Source: Enterobacteria phage AH67C600_Q5
Sequence record: MZ833439.1
Length of the DNA: 38,824 nucleotides
Reading direction: 5' to 3' (one strand)
The notes beneath the pieces were generated by a model. The model searched no databases and was not told the DNA's origin. It worked only from the letters and a program-made list of their open reading frames with translations. A program made the translations under genes and the position numbers. Shown here in pieces: positions 1-9,084 of the stretch (position 1 is its first letter; each line of letters begins with the position of its first letter).

Positions 1-77
1 CATACCTAAAGACCATACCTAAAGACCATACCTAAAGACCATACCTAAAGACCATACCTAAAGACCATACCTAAAGA
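1..77. repeat. Tandem array of a 13-bp unit (catacctaaagac), about 6 copies, truncated by the window start; same unit as the array at the window end
   Basis: Direct reading: catacctaaagac repeated head-to-tail from position 1. Resembles the CCTAAAG-containing left-end repeats of T7. Confidence 0.9.
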
Positions 78-137
78 TGCCTTGTTGTTACCTATAAAGA
101 GATTATCTTTAATCATTGTCTTTTAATCACTCCCATT

Positions 138-160
138 TAATACGACTCACTAAAGAGAGA
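138..160 (+). promoter_or_regulatory. T7-RNAP promoter phiOL-like (taatacgactcactaaagagaga)
   Basis: 23-mer matching the T7 promoter core with deviations at -2 and +2 onward; sits where phiOL lies in T7. Confidence 0.7.
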
Positions 161-214
161 GAGACTACTTAAAGAGGACTTAAAAGAGATTAATCAAAAT
201 AATTTAAAAGAGTA

Positions 215-243
215 TTGACTTAAAGAGTCCTACGGGATATTAT
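215..243 (+). promoter_or_regulatory. Host sigma70 early promoter A1
   Basis: TTGACT at 215-220, 17-bp spacer, TATTAT at 238-243; position and flanks match T7 A1. Confidence 0.75.
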
Positions 244-342
244 TCATCTCGTCAACGGGACAACGGCCTAAAAGCCACTCCCCGAGATACCGGAGTCAAC
301 CGGATAAGTAGACAGCTTGATAAGTCATACGAAAAACAAGCA

Positions 343-371
343 TTGACAACATGAAGTAAACGCAGTAAGAT
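343..371 (+). promoter_or_regulatory. Host sigma70 early promoter A2
   Basis: TTGACA at 343-348, 17-bp spacer, TAAGAT at 366-371; flanks (aaaaacaagcattgacaacatgaagtaa) match T7 A2. Confidence 0.75.
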
Positions 372-466
372 ACACAACGCTAGGTAACACTAGCAGCGTC
401 AACCGGACGAACGGTGTCTTCTAGGTGACTTAAGCGCACCACGGCACACAAAGCGAAACAAAATGG

Positions 467-495
467 TTGACAACATGCAGTAAACGCGGTACGAT
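467..495 (+). promoter_or_regulatory. Host sigma70 early promoter A3
   Basis: TTGACA at 467-472, 17-bp spacer, TACGAT at 490-495; matches T7 A3 context. Confidence 0.75.
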
Positions 496-693
496 GTACC
501 ACATTGAAATGACAGTGAGGCGTAACACTGAAACGCGCTAGGGTCTAACGAAACCTGACCGACATGCTCTTTAACAATTTGGTAAACGGCTCTTGAGTGT
601 ACACACGTAGCGGATAACTCAAGGGTATCGCAAGATGCCCTTTATGATATCCACTACTAACCTATACACACACACACTATGAGGTAACACACA

Positions 694-1062
694 ATGGCTA
701 TGTCTAACATGACTTATCACAACGTTTTCGATCACGCTTACGAAATGCTGAAAGAAAATATCCGTTATGATGACATTCGTGACACTGATGGTCTTGGGGA
801 CGCAATCCACATGGCAGCCGATAGCGCCGTTCCGCACTATTACAGCGACATTTTCAGTGTAATGGCAAGCGAGGGCATTGACCTTGAGTTCGAGGATTCT
901 GGTCTTATGCCGGACACCAAGGACGTAATCCGTATCCTGCAAGCTCGCATCTATGAGCAACTCACAGTCGACCTCTGGGAAGACGCTGAAGACTTGCTGA
1001 ACGAGTATCTTGAGGAAGTCGAAGAGTCAGAAGAGGAAGACTACGAAGAGGGAGAAGAGTAA
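694..1062 (+). CDS. ocr: Ocr (gp0.3), DNA-mimic anti-restriction protein
   Basis: 122-aa acidic [33 protein letters not shown]... with acidic C-terminus; near-identical to T7 gp0.3 as recalled. Confidence 0.95.
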   Translation: MAMSNMTYHNVFDHAYEMLKENIRYDDIRDTDGLGDAIHMAADSAVPHYYSDIFSVMASEGIDLEFEDSGLMPDTKDVIRILQARIYEQLTVDLWEDAEDLLNEYLEEVEESEEEDYEEGEE

Positions 1063-1217
1063 TGACTACCGGCAACGTGCAATACGGTCTGACCGCTCAA
1101 ACTGTACTGTTTTATAGTGACATGGTGCGCTGTGGCTTTGACTGGTCGCTCGCAATGGAACACCTTAAGGAACTGTACGAAAACAACAAGGCAATAGCCT
1201 TGGAGTCTGCTGAGTGA
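1062..1217 (+). CDS. 0.4: gp0.4-like small early protein (FtsZ inhibitor in T7)
   Basis: 51-codon ORF ([26 protein letters not shown]...) starting at the ATG overlapping the ocr stop (TAATG); not in the ORF track because it is under 60 aa. Confidence 0.75.
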   Translation: MTTGNVQYGLTAQTVLFYSDMVRCGFDWSLAMEHLKELYENNKAIALESAE

Positions 1218-1219
1218 TA

Positions 1220-1262
1220 GGCTCAAGGTCGCTCATAGCGAGTGGCCTTTATGATTATCACT
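1220..1262 (+). promoter_or_regulatory. RNase III processing hairpin (R0.5-like)
   Basis: ggctcaaggtcgctcatagcgagtggcctttatgatt: the ctcaaggtc...ggcctttatga stem-loop signature recurs at 5763, 12672, 17563 and 35149. Confidence 0.7.
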
Positions 1263-1427
1263 TTTGAAACAACGCACGGGATTACCATCATGCTGAAACA
1301 CTACGTTATGCCTATCCACACCAAGAACGGCGCTACAGTTTGCACACCTGATGGCTTCGCAATGAAACAACGAATCGAACGCCTTAAGCGTGAACTGCGC
1401 ATCAATCGCAAGCTCAACAATATCTAA
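1251..1427 (+). CDS. Small early protein, gp0.5/0.6-like
   Basis: ORF containing MLKHYVMPIHTKNGATVCTPDGFAMKQRIERLKRELRINRK, resembling T7 gp0.6; exact start uncertain (GTG 1242, ATG 1251 or ATG 1290). Confidence 0.55.
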   Translation: MIITFETTHGITIMLKHYVMPIHTKNGATVCTPDGFAMKQRIERLKRELRINRKLNNI

Positions 1428-1455
1428 TCACATTTAACACTGGAGAACGCACAAA

Positions 1456-2535
1456 GTGAACGCTATCGACATCATGAACGCTACTGACGCAATCAAAGCA
1501 CTGCCAATCTGTGAACTTGATAAGCGTCAAAGTATGCTCATTGATTTGCTGGTCGAAATGGTAAACAGCGAAACGTGTGACGGTGAGATCACCAAGCTGG
1601 ACAAGCCACTTGAATATCAAGACTGGTGGACCACCTTAAAGTGCCTGACCGCTGACGCTGGCTTCACGATGCTCGGGAATGGTCACTTCTCTGCTGCATA
1701 TAGTCACCCACTGCTGCCTAACAGAGTGATTAAGGTGGGCTTTAAGAAAGAGGATTCAGGCGCTGCGTATATCGCATTCTGCCGCATGTATCAGGGACGC
1801 GCTGGTATCCCTAACGTCTACGATGTTCAACGTCATGCAGGCTGTTACACGGTGGTTCTCGATGCTCTGAATGACTGCGAACGCTATGATAACGAGGATC
1901 ATGAGAAGTATGCTTCAATGGCAAGCGGCATTATTGATTATAACTCGGATGTATATGACAAGCGTACTGGATGGGATGGGGAGTTCGTAGAGACTTGCAA
2001 GTTAATCCGCAAGTTCTTTGAGGGCATCGCTTCGTTCGACATGCACAGTGGTAACATTATGTTCGACGATAATGATGTACCATACATCACCGACCCTGTG
2101 TCATTCTCACACAAGGAAGACGGTGGCGCTTTCAGCATTGACCCTGAGGAACTCATCAAGGAAGTCGAGGAGGTCGCACGCCAGAAAGCAATAGACCGTG
2201 CCAAGGAGCGTAAAGCACGCCATGAGGGGCGCTTACAAGCGCGTAGAGTCAAACGCATTAACCGTAAGGCACGTAAGGCACACCGCGCTAAGCGTGAAAG
2301 ACTAACAGCACTATGGCGTATGAACGAGCGTCAAGAACGGCGTAACCATGAGGTAGCTGTAGATGCACTAGGAAGAACCAATAACGCTATGCTCTGGGCG
2401 CACATGTTCGCTGGGGACTTTAAGGCGCTTGAGGAACGAATCGCAGCGCACTGGTTCCAAGCTGACCGGATGGCTATCGCTAATGGTCTTCCACTAAACA
2501 TTGATAAGAAACTTGACGCAATGCTAATGGGATGA
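1456..2535 (+). CDS. 0.7: gp0.7 serine/threonine protein kinase and host transcription shutoff
   Basis: 359-aa ORF, GTG start, [25 protein letters not shown]...; same length and close sequence match to T7 gp0.7. Confidence 0.9.
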   Translation: MNAIDIMNATDAIKALPICELDKRQSMLIDLLVEMVNSETCDGEITKLDKPLEYQDWWTTLKCLTADAGFTMLGNGHFSAAYSHPLLPNRVIKVGFKKEDSGAAYIAFCRMYQGRAGIPNVYDVQRHAGCYTVVLDALNDCERYDNEDHEKYASMASGIIDYNSDVYDKRTGWDGEFVETCKLIRKFFEGIASFDMHSGNIMFDDNDVPYITDPVSFSHKEDGGAFSIDPEELIKEVEEVARQKAIDRAKERKARHEGRLQARRVKRINRKARKAHRAKRERLTALWRMNERQERRNHEVAVDALGRTNNAMLWAHMFAGDFKALEERIAAHWFQADRMAIANGLPLNIDKKLDAMLMG

Positions 2536-2605
2536 TAGTCTTATCTTACAGGTCATCTGCGGGTGGCCTGAAATAGATACGATTACTGACCGAAAGAGGT
2601 ACAAA

Positions 2606-5257
2606 ATGAGCACGATTAACATCGCTAAGAACGATTTCTCTGACATCGAACTGGCTGCTATCCCGTTCAATACTCTGGCTGACCACTACGGTGAGCGCCT
2701 AGCTCGCGAGCAGTTGGCCCTTGAGCATGAGAGCTATGAAATGGGTGAAGCACGTTTCCGCAAGATGTTTGAGCGTCAACTCAAGGCCGGTGAGGTTGCA
2801 GACAATGCAGCTGCTAAACCGCTGATTACTACTCTGCTGCCCAAGATGGTTACACGCATCAACGACTGGTTTGAGGAAGTGAAAGCTAAGCGCGGCAAAC
2901 GTCCAACCGCTTTCCAGTTCCTGCAAGGAATCAAGCCGGAATCTGTAGCGTATATCACCATCAAGACTACCCTTGCTTGTCTGACGAGCGTTGACAATAC
3001 AACCGTTCAGGCTGTAGCAAGCGCCATCGGACGGGCTATCGAGGAAGAAGCTCGCTTCGGTCGAATCCGTGACCTAGAAGCTAAGCACTTCAAGAAAAAC
3101 GTTGAGGAACAACTAAACAAGCGCGTAGGGCACGTCTATAAGAAGGCATTCATGCAGGTAGTCGAGGCTGATATGCTCTCTAAGGGTCTACTAGGTGGCG
3201 AGGCGTGGTCTTCATGGCACAAGGAAGACTCCATTCACGTAGGTGTACGCTGCATTGAGATGCTCATTGAGTCCACCGGAATGGTTAGCCTGCACCGCCA
3301 AAATGCTGGCGTAGTGGGCCAAGACTCTGAGACTATCGAGCTGGCACACGAATACGCTGAGGCTATCGCAACCCGCGCTGGGGCACTGGCTGGCATCTCT
3401 CCGATGTATCAGCCTTGCATAGTCCCTCCTAAGCCTTGGACTGGTGTAACTGGTGGTGGCTACTGGGCCAACGGTCGCCGCCCTCTGGTACTGGTACGCA
3501 CTCACAGCAAGAAGGCACTGATGCGCTACGAAGATGTTTACATGCCTGAGGTATACAAGGCGATCAACATTGCGCAAAACACCGCTTGGAAAATCAACAA
3601 GAAAGTCCTAGCAGTAGCCAACGTGATAACCAAGTGGAAGCACTGCCCGGTCGAGGACATCCCTTCGATTGAGCGTGAAGAACTCCCGATGAAACCGGAA
3701 GACATCGACACGAATCCTGAGGCACTGACCGCTTGGAAACGTGCTGCTGCCGCTGTGTACCGTAAAGACAAGGCCCGTAAATCTCGCCGCATAAGCCTTG
3801 AGTTCATGCTTGAGCAAGCCAACAAGTTTGCTAACCGCAAGGCCATCTGGTTCCCTTACAACATGGACTGGCGTGGCCGTGTGTACGCTGTGTCAATGTT
3901 TAATCCGCAAGGTAACGACATGACCAAAGGACTGCTGACGCTGGCTAAAGGTAAACCAATCGGCAAGGAAGGATTCTACTGGCTGAAAATCCACGGTGCT
4001 AACTGCGCGGGGGTCGATAAGGTTCCATTCCCTGAGCGCATCAAGTTCATTGAGGACAACCACGATAATATCATGGCGTGCGCTAAGTCTCCTCTGGAGA
4101 ACACTTGGTGGGCTGAGCAAGATTCTCCGTTCTGCTTCCTCGCGTTCTGCTTTGAGTACGCTGGGGTACAGCACCACGGACTGAGCTACAACTGCTCGCT
4201 GCCACTGGCGTTCGATGGGTCTTGCTCTGGTATCCAGCACTTCTCCGCGATGCTCCGCGATGAGGTAGGTGGTCGTGCTGTTAACCTGCTTCCTAGCGAA
4301 ACCGTTCAGGACATCTACGGGATTGTTGCTAAGAAAGTAAACGAGATTCTGCAAGCGGATGCAATCAACGGGACCGATAACGAAGTAGTTACCGTGACCG
4401 ATGAGAACACTGGGGAAATCTCTGAGAAAGTCAAGCTGGGTACTAAAGCGTTGGCTGGTCAATGGTTGGCCTACGGTGTGACTCGCAGTGTCACTAAGCG
4501 TTCAGTCATGACGCTGGCATATGGTTCCAAAGAGTTCGGATTCCGTCAGCAAGTCCTTGAGGACACCATACAGCCCGCTATTGATTCCGGTAAGGGTCTG
4601 ATGTTCACACAACCCAATCAGGCCGCTGGGTACATGGCTAAGCTGATTTGGGAATCTGTGAGCGTTACCGTAGTGGCTGCTGTAGAGGCTATGAACTGGC
4701 TTAAGTCTGCTGCGAAACTGCTGGCTGCTGAGGTCAAAGACAAGAAGACTGGTGAGATTCTTCGCAAGCGTTGCGCGGTGTATTGGGTAACTCCTGATGG
4801 CTTCCCTGTGTGGCAGGAATACAAGAAGCCTATTCAGACTCGCTTGAACCTGATGTTCCTCGGTCAGTTCCGCTTGCAGCCGACCATAAACACCAACAAG
4901 GACAGCGAGATTGATGCCCATAAGCAGGAATCTGGTATAGCTCCTAACTTTGTACACAGCCAAGACGGTAGCCACCTACGCAAGACTGTAGTGTGGGCGC
5001 ATGAGAAGTACGGAATCGAATCTTTCGCACTGATTCATGACTCCTTCGGGACCATTCCGGCTGACGCTGCCAACCTCTTCAAAGCTGTTCGTGAAACAAT
5101 GGTTGACACCTACGAGTCCTGCGATGTACTTGCAGACTTCTACAACCAGTTCGCTGACCAGTTACATGAGTCTCAACTGGATAAAATGCCAGCACTTCCG
5201 GCTAAAGGTAACTTGAATTTACGAGACATCTTAGAGTCAGACTTCGCGTTTGCGTAA
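2606..5257 (+). CDS. 1: Single-subunit T7-type DNA-dependent RNA polymerase (gene 1)
   Basis: 883-aa ORF near-identical to T7 RNAP (MSTINIAKNDFSDIELAAIPFNTLADHYGERLAREQL... ending DFAFA). Confidence 0.98.
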   Translation: MSTINIAKNDFSDIELAAIPFNTLADHYGERLAREQLALEHESYEMGEARFRKMFERQLKAGEVADNAAAKPLITTLLPKMVTRINDWFEEVKAKRGKRPTAFQFLQGIKPESVAYITIKTTLACLTSVDNTTVQAVASAIGRAIEEEARFGRIRDLEAKHFKKNVEEQLNKRVGHVYKKAFMQVVEADMLSKGLLGGEAWSSWHKEDSIHVGVRCIEMLIESTGMVSLHRQNAGVVGQDSETIELAHEYAEAIATRAGALAGISPMYQPCIVPPKPWTGVTGGGYWANGRRPLVLVRTHSKKALMRYEDVYMPEVYKAINIAQNTAWKINKKVLAVANVITKWKHCPVEDIPSIEREELPMKPEDIDTNPEALTAWKRAAAAVYRKDKARKSRRISLEFMLEQANKFANRKAIWFPYNMDWRGRVYAVSMFNPQGNDMTKGLLTLAKGKPIGKEGFYWLKIHGANCAGVDKVPFPERIKFIEDNHDNIMACAKSPLENTWWAEQDSPFCFLAFCFEYAGVQHHGLSYNCSLPLAFDGSCSGIQHFSAMLRDEVGGRAVNLLPSETVQDIYGIVAKKVNEILQADAINGTDNEVVTVTDENTGEISEKVKLGTKALAGQWLAYGVTRSVTKRSVMTLAYGSKEFGFRQQVLEDTIQPAIDSGKGLMFTQPNQAAGYMAKLIWESVSVTVVAAVEAMNWLKSAAKLLAAEVKDKKTGEILRKRCAVYWVTPDGFPVWQEYKKPIQTRLNLMFLGQFRLQPTINTNKDSEIDAHKQESGIAPNFVHSQDGSHLRKTVVWAHEKYGIESFALIHDSFGTIPADAANLFKAVRETMVDTYESCDVLADFYNQFADQLHESQLDKMPALPAKGNLNLRDILESDFAFA

Positions 5258-5263
5258 CGTCAA

Positions 5264-5286
5264 ATTAATATCACTATAGGGAAGAC
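5264..5286 (+). promoter_or_regulatory. Damaged T7-promoter-like sequence at the phi1.1A/phi1.1B position (ttaata-tcactatagggaagac)
   Basis: Promoter-like 3' half tcactataggg preceded by ttaata but lacking the cgac of the -11 to -8 region; only one copy where T7 has two promoters flanking an RNase III site. Confidence 0.6.
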
Positions 5287-5362
5287 CTTAAGGTTTAACT
5301 TTAAGACCCTTAAGTGTTAATTAAAGATTTAAATTAAAGACTACTAATAGAGGACTTTAAGT

Positions 5363-5491
5363 ATGCGTAACTTCGAAAAGATGACCAAACGTTCTAACCG
5401 TAACGCTCATGACTTCGAGGCAACCAAGGGTCGTAAGTTGAATAAGACAAAGCGTGATCGCTCACATAAACGTAGCTGGGAGGGTCAGTAA
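5363..5491 (+). CDS. 1.1: gp1.1 small basic protein
   Basis: 42-codon ORF MRNFEKMTKRSNRNAHDFEATKGRKLNKTKRDRSHKRSWEGQ matching T7 gp1.1. Confidence 0.8.
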   Translation: MRNFEKMTKRSNRNAHDFEATKGRKLNKTKRDRSHKRSWEGQ

Positions 5492-5492
5492 G

Positions 5493-5741
5493 ATGGGTCG
5501 TTTATACAGTGGGAACCTGAATGACTTCAAGGCTGCAACAAATAAGCTGTTTGAGTTGGACCTTGCGGTAATATGTGATGACTCGCATGAAGACGATGGG
5601 TATATTCGAGTCCGCATCGAAGACAGAGATGGAAACATGATTGACGGCAGAGCATTCATTCATTACGATGAAGACGTCCTGTACTCTATGGGAACCGCTT
5701 GGTTGAACCATATGTACGACCAGTTGAAGGACTGGAAGTAA
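5493..5741 (+). CDS. 1.2: gp1.2, inhibitor of host dGTP triphosphohydrolase
   Basis: 82-aa ORF MGRLYSGNLNDFKAATNKLFELDLAV...WLNHMYDQLKDWK; termini match T7 gp1.2, central third diverged. Confidence 0.85.
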   Translation: MGRLYSGNLNDFKAATNKLFELDLAVICDDSHEDDGYIRVRIEDRDGNMIDGRAFIHYDEDVLYSMGTAWLNHMYDQLKDWK

Positions 5742-5761
5742 TACGACTCACTAAAGGGACA
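5739..5761 (+). promoter_or_regulatory. T7-RNAP class II promoter phi1.3 (taatacgactcactaaagggac)
   Basis: 23-mer with canonical -17..-1 core; overlaps the gene 1.2 stop codon. Confidence 0.8.
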
Positions 5762-5762
5762 A

Positions 5763-5800
5763 TGCTTAAGGTCGCTCTAATTGAGTGGCCTTAGTCATTT
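5763..5800 (+). promoter_or_regulatory. RNase III processing hairpin (R1.3-like)
   Basis: gcttaaggtcgctctaattgagtggccttagtcatt stem-loop signature. Confidence 0.65.
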
Positions 5801-5821
5801 AACCAATAGGAGATAAACATT

Positions 5822-6838
5822 ATGATGAACATTAAGACCAACCCGTTTAAAGCAACGTCTTTCGTAGAGTCTGCCATTAAGAAGGCTCTGGATAACGCTG
5901 GGTATCTTATTTGTGATGTAAAATATGACGGAGTTCGTGGTAACATTGTAGTTGACAATACCGCTAACAGTTGCTGGCTCTCTCGTGTATCTAAAACGAT
6001 TCCGGCACTGGAGCACCTAAACGGATTTGATGCGCGCTGGAAGCGTCTTCTGAATGATGACCGTTGCTTCTACAAAGATGGCTTTATGCTGGATGGGGAA
6101 CTAATGGTTAAGGGCGTAGACTTTAACACTGGGTCCGGCCTACTGCGCACCAAGTGGCTCAACAAGAAGAACTTTGAGTTCGACGTTGGAGGTGTACCAC
6201 CACTCAAGGGGTCCAAGGTTGAGTTCGCGTTGGACACCAAACGTCTGAGTGTCCGACTGTATGCTATCCTCCCGCTTCACGTTGTAGAGTCTGGAGAAGA
6301 CTGCGACATCATGACGCTGCTCATGCAGGAACACGTTAAGAACATGCTGCCTCTGCTACAGGAATACTTCCCTGAAATCGAATGGCAAGCGGCTGAGTCT
6401 TACGAGGTTTACGACATGGTGGAACTACAGCAACTGTATGAGAAGAAGCGTGAAGAAGGACATGAGGGTCTCATTGTGAAAGACCCAATGTGCATCTATA
6501 AGCGAGGCAAGAAGTCCGGCTGGTTCAAGCTCAAGCCTGAATGTGAGGCTGACGGTGTAATCCAAGGTGTCAACTGGGGTACTCCTGGTCTAGCCAACGA
6601 TGGCAAGGTAATTGGTTTTAGTGTGCTTCTTGAGACTGGTCGCCTTGTAGATGCCAATAACATCTCTCGCGCCTTAATGGATGAATTTACAGCTAACGTT
6701 AAGGAACACGGAGAGGACTTCTACAACGGACACGCTTGCCAGATTAGCTACATGGAGGAAACACCAGACGGCTCTCTGCGTCACCCATCGTTCGTGTGTT
6801 TCAGAGGAACTGAGGACAATCCTCAAGAGAAAATTTAA
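5822..6838 (+). CDS. 1.3: ATP-dependent DNA ligase (gene 1.3)
   Basis: 338-aa ORF MMNIKTNPFKA...KYDGVRGN (adenylation lysine motif)...; T7 ligase homolog, about 20 aa shorter than T7 as recalled. Confidence 0.93.
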   Translation: MMNIKTNPFKATSFVESAIKKALDNAGYLICDVKYDGVRGNIVVDNTANSCWLSRVSKTIPALEHLNGFDARWKRLLNDDRCFYKDGFMLDGELMVKGVDFNTGSGLLRTKWLNKKNFEFDVGGVPPLKGSKVEFALDTKRLSVRLYAILPLHVVESGEDCDIMTLLMQEHVKNMLPLLQEYFPEIEWQAAESYEVYDMVELQQLYEKKREEGHEGLIVKDPMCIYKRGKKSGWFKLKPECEADGVIQGVNWGTPGLANDGKVIGFSVLLETGRLVDANNISRALMDEFTANVKEHGEDFYNGHACQISYMEETPDGSLRHPSFVCFRGTEDNPQEKI

Positions 6839-6845
6839 TCACAAT

Positions 6846-6876
6846 GGCTCACCGAAAGGTGGGCCTTTCTGCGTTT
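6846..6876 (+). terminator. Rho-independent terminator for host RNAP (TE-like)
   Basis: GC-rich hairpin ggctcacc-gaaa-ggtgggcc followed by tttctgcgttt, immediately after ligase. Confidence 0.75.
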
Positions 6877-6898
6877 AATACGACTCACTATAGGAGAT
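6876..6898 (+). promoter_or_regulatory. T7-RNAP class II promoter phi1.5 (taatacgactcactataggagat)
   Basis: 23-mer promoter core directly upstream of the 29-codon gene 1.5. Confidence 0.8.
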
Positions 6899-6905
6899 AC
6901 ACATA

Positions 6906-6995
6906 ATGATGTACTTACTTCCACTACTAATTATCATCGTCGGATGTCTTGCGCTACACTATAGCGATGACGACATGCCCGATGGTCACGCTTAA
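6906..6995 (+). CDS. 1.5: gp1.5-like 29-aa hydrophobic protein
   Basis: MMYLLPLLIIIVGCLALHYSDDDMPDGHA; matches T7 gp1.5 as recalled; under 60 aa so not in the ORF track. Confidence 0.65.
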   Translation: MMYLLPLLIIIVGCLALHYSDDDMPDGHA

Positions 6996-7015
6996 TACGA
7001 CTCACTAAAGGAGAC
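6993..7015 (+). promoter_or_regulatory. T7-RNAP class II promoter phi1.6 (taatacgactcactaaaggagac)
   Basis: 23-mer promoter core overlapping the gene 1.5 stop. Confidence 0.8.
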
Positions 7016-7020
7016 ACTAT

Positions 7021-7281
7021 ATGTTCCGACTTCATTTCAACAAAAGTCTTAAGAATTTCACTGTTCGCCGTGCTGACCGTTCAATCGTATGTGCGAGCGA
7101 ACGCCGAGCTAAGTTACCTCTTATTGGTGACACAGTTCCTTTGGCACCGAGCGTCCACATCATTATCACTCGTGGTGACTTTGAGAAAGCAATAGACAAG
7201 AAACGTCCGGTTCTTAGTGTGGCAGTGACCCGCTTCCCGTTCGTCCGTCTGTTACTCAAACGCATCAAGGAGGTGTTCTGA
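7021..7281 (+). CDS. 1.6: gp1.6 protein of unknown function
   Basis: 86-aa [24 protein letters not shown]..., T7 gp1.6 homolog. Confidence 0.85.
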   Translation: MFRLHFNKSLKNFTVRRADRSIVCASERRAKLPLIGDTVPLAPSVHIIITRGDFEKAIDKKRPVLSVAVTRFPFVRLLLKRIKEVF

Positions 7282-7578
7282 TGGTCTGCATGGCATGTTT
7301 AGAGAAAGACGACCGTTATCCACATACGTGTCAACCTGTAACTAAACCAATCGAAGGTGTCACTAAGCCTTCCCATTACATGCTGTTCGATGACATTGAG
7401 GCTATCGAGGTGATTGCCCGTTCAATGACTCGTGAGCAGTTCAAAGGGTACTGCTTCGGGAACGTACTTAAATATCGCCTACGTGCTGGTAAGAAATCCG
7501 AACTGGCTTACTTAGAGAAGGACATGGCGAAAGCTGGGTTCTACGGTGAACTGTACGAGAAACATAAGGACAAGTGCT

Positions 7579-7589
<11 letters not shown>
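7281..7589 (+). CDS. 1.7: gp1.7 nucleotide kinase homolog, internally shortened
   Basis: 102 aa versus about 196 aa in T7: N-terminal CxxC segment (CMACLEKDDRYPHTC) joined directly to the conserved C-terminal part (IEGVTKPSHYMLFDDIEAIEV...KHKDKCY). Confidence 0.8.
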
Positions 7590-7894
<305 letters not shown>

Positions 7895-7897
<3 letters not shown>

Positions 7898-7917
7898 TAC
7901 GACTCACTATTGGGGAA
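7895..7917 (+). promoter_or_regulatory. T7-RNAP class II promoter phi2.5 (taatacgactcactattggggaa)
   Basis: 23-mer promoter core upstream of the SSB gene. Confidence 0.75.
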
Positions 7918-7962
7918 GACTCCCTCTGAGAAACTAAACGAAACCTAAAGGAGATTAACATT

Positions 7963-8664
7963 ATGGCTAAGAAGATTTTCACCTCTGCGCTGGGTACTGC
8001 TGAACCTTACGCTTACATCTCTAAGCCGGACTACGGCAACGAAGAGCGCGGCTTTGGGAACCCTCGTGGTATCTTTAAAGTTGACCTGACCATTCCCAAC
8101 AAAGACCCGCGTTGTCAACGTATGGTCGATGAAATCGTGAAGTGCCACGAAGAGGCTTATGCTGCTGCCGTTGAGGAATATGAGGCCAACCCGCCGGTAG
8201 TAGCTCGTGGTAAGAAGAAACCTATTGAACCTTATGAGGGAGACATGCCGTTCATTGATAACGGTGACGGTACGACTACCTTTAAGTTCAAGTGCTACGC
8301 TTCCTTCCAAGACAAGAAGACCAAAGAGACCAAGCACATCAATCTGGTTGTGGTTGACTCCAAAGGTAAGAAGATGGAAGACGTGCCGATCATTGGTGGC
8401 GGCTCTAAGCTGAAAGTCAAGTATTCGCTGGTCCCGTACAAGTGGAACAACGCTGTAGGTGCGAGCGTTAAGCTGCAATTGGAATCCGTTATGTTGGTCG
8501 AACTGGCTACCTTTGGTGGCGGTGAAGACGATTGGGCTGACGAAGTTGAAGAGAACGGCTATGTTGCCTCTGGTTCTGCCAAAGCGAGCAAACCACGCGA
8601 CGAAGAAAGCTGGGACGAAGACGACGAAGAGTCCGATGAAGTAGACGAAGACGGAGACTTCTAA
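7963..8664 (+). CDS. 2.5: Single-stranded DNA-binding protein (gene 2.5)
   Basis: 233-aa ORF with acidic C-terminal tail ending DEDGDF; T7 gp2.5 homolog. Confidence 0.95.
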   Translation: MAKKIFTSALGTAEPYAYISKPDYGNEERGFGNPRGIFKVDLTIPNKDPRCQRMVDEIVKCHEEAYAAAVEEYEANPPVVARGKKKPIEPYEGDMPFIDNGDGTTTFKFKCYASFQDKKTKETKHINLVVVDSKGKKMEDVPIIGGGSKLKVKYSLVPYKWNNAVGASVKLQLESVMLVELATFGGGEDDWADEVEENGYVASGSAKASKPRDEESWDEDDEESDEVDEDGDF

Positions 8665-9084
8665 GTGGAGCTGCGGGAGAAAATCCTTGAGAGAGTCAAG
8701 GTGACTTCCGCTGGATGTTGGGAGTGGCAGGGTGCTACGAACAGTAAGGGATACGGACAGGTGTGGTGTAGTGACACCGGAAAGGTGGTGTACTGCCACC
8801 GAGTAATGTCTAATGCCACGAAAGGTTCTACAGTCCTGCACTCCTGTGATAATCCATTATGTTGTAACCCTGAACACCTATCCATAGGAACTCCAAAAGA
8901 GAACTCCGCCGACATGGTAAATAAGGGTCGCTCACACAAGGGGTATAAACTTTCAGATGAAGACGTAATGGCAATCATGGAGTCCAGCGAGTCCAATGCT
9001 TCATTAGCTCGTGCCTATGGTGTCTCCCAACAGACGATTTGTGATATACGCAAGGGGAGGAGATATGGCAGGCTACGGCGCTAA
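8665..9084 (+). CDS. 2.8: HNH homing endonuclease (T7 gene 2.8 position)
   Basis: 139-aa ORF, GTG start; HNH-type motif HSCDNPLCCNPEHL plus C-terminal HTH-like region; paralogous to ORFs at 11759, 18823 and 37496. Confidence 0.8.
   Translation: MELREKILERVKVTSAGCWEWQGATNSKGYGQVWCSDTGKVVYCHRVMSNATKGSTVLHSCDNPLCCNPEHLSIGTPKENSADMVNKGRSHKGYKLSDEDVMAIMESSESNASLARAYGVSQQTICDIRKGRRYGRLRR

Noticed and set aside
1-77. Possible CRISPR array at the window edges (short direct repeats)
   Set aside because: The repeats are contiguous 13-bp units with no spacers; this is a tandem array of the phage left-end repeat, not a repeat-spacer structure.
2536-2605. Possible RNase III site or host promoter upstream of gene 1
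   Set aside because: A weak hairpin-like sequence is present, but I could not confirm the ctcaaggtc/ggcctttatga signature or a convincing -35/-10 pair, so it is not reported as a feature.
3893-4462. 189-aa minus-strand ORF, and other minus-strand ORFs inside gene 1, gene 16 (30089..30604, 30573..30971) and genes 7/7.3 (18373..18909)
   Set aside because: All are antisense to well-supported, highly conserved T7 genes and have no independent signals; treated as spurious.
7945-8841. 298-aa ORF on the minus strand
   Set aside because: Lies entirely antisense to the gene 2.5 SSB and gene 2.8 HNH coding sequences; low-complexity translation, no RBS, and the genome is otherwise transcribed only rightward. 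Likely a frame artifact.
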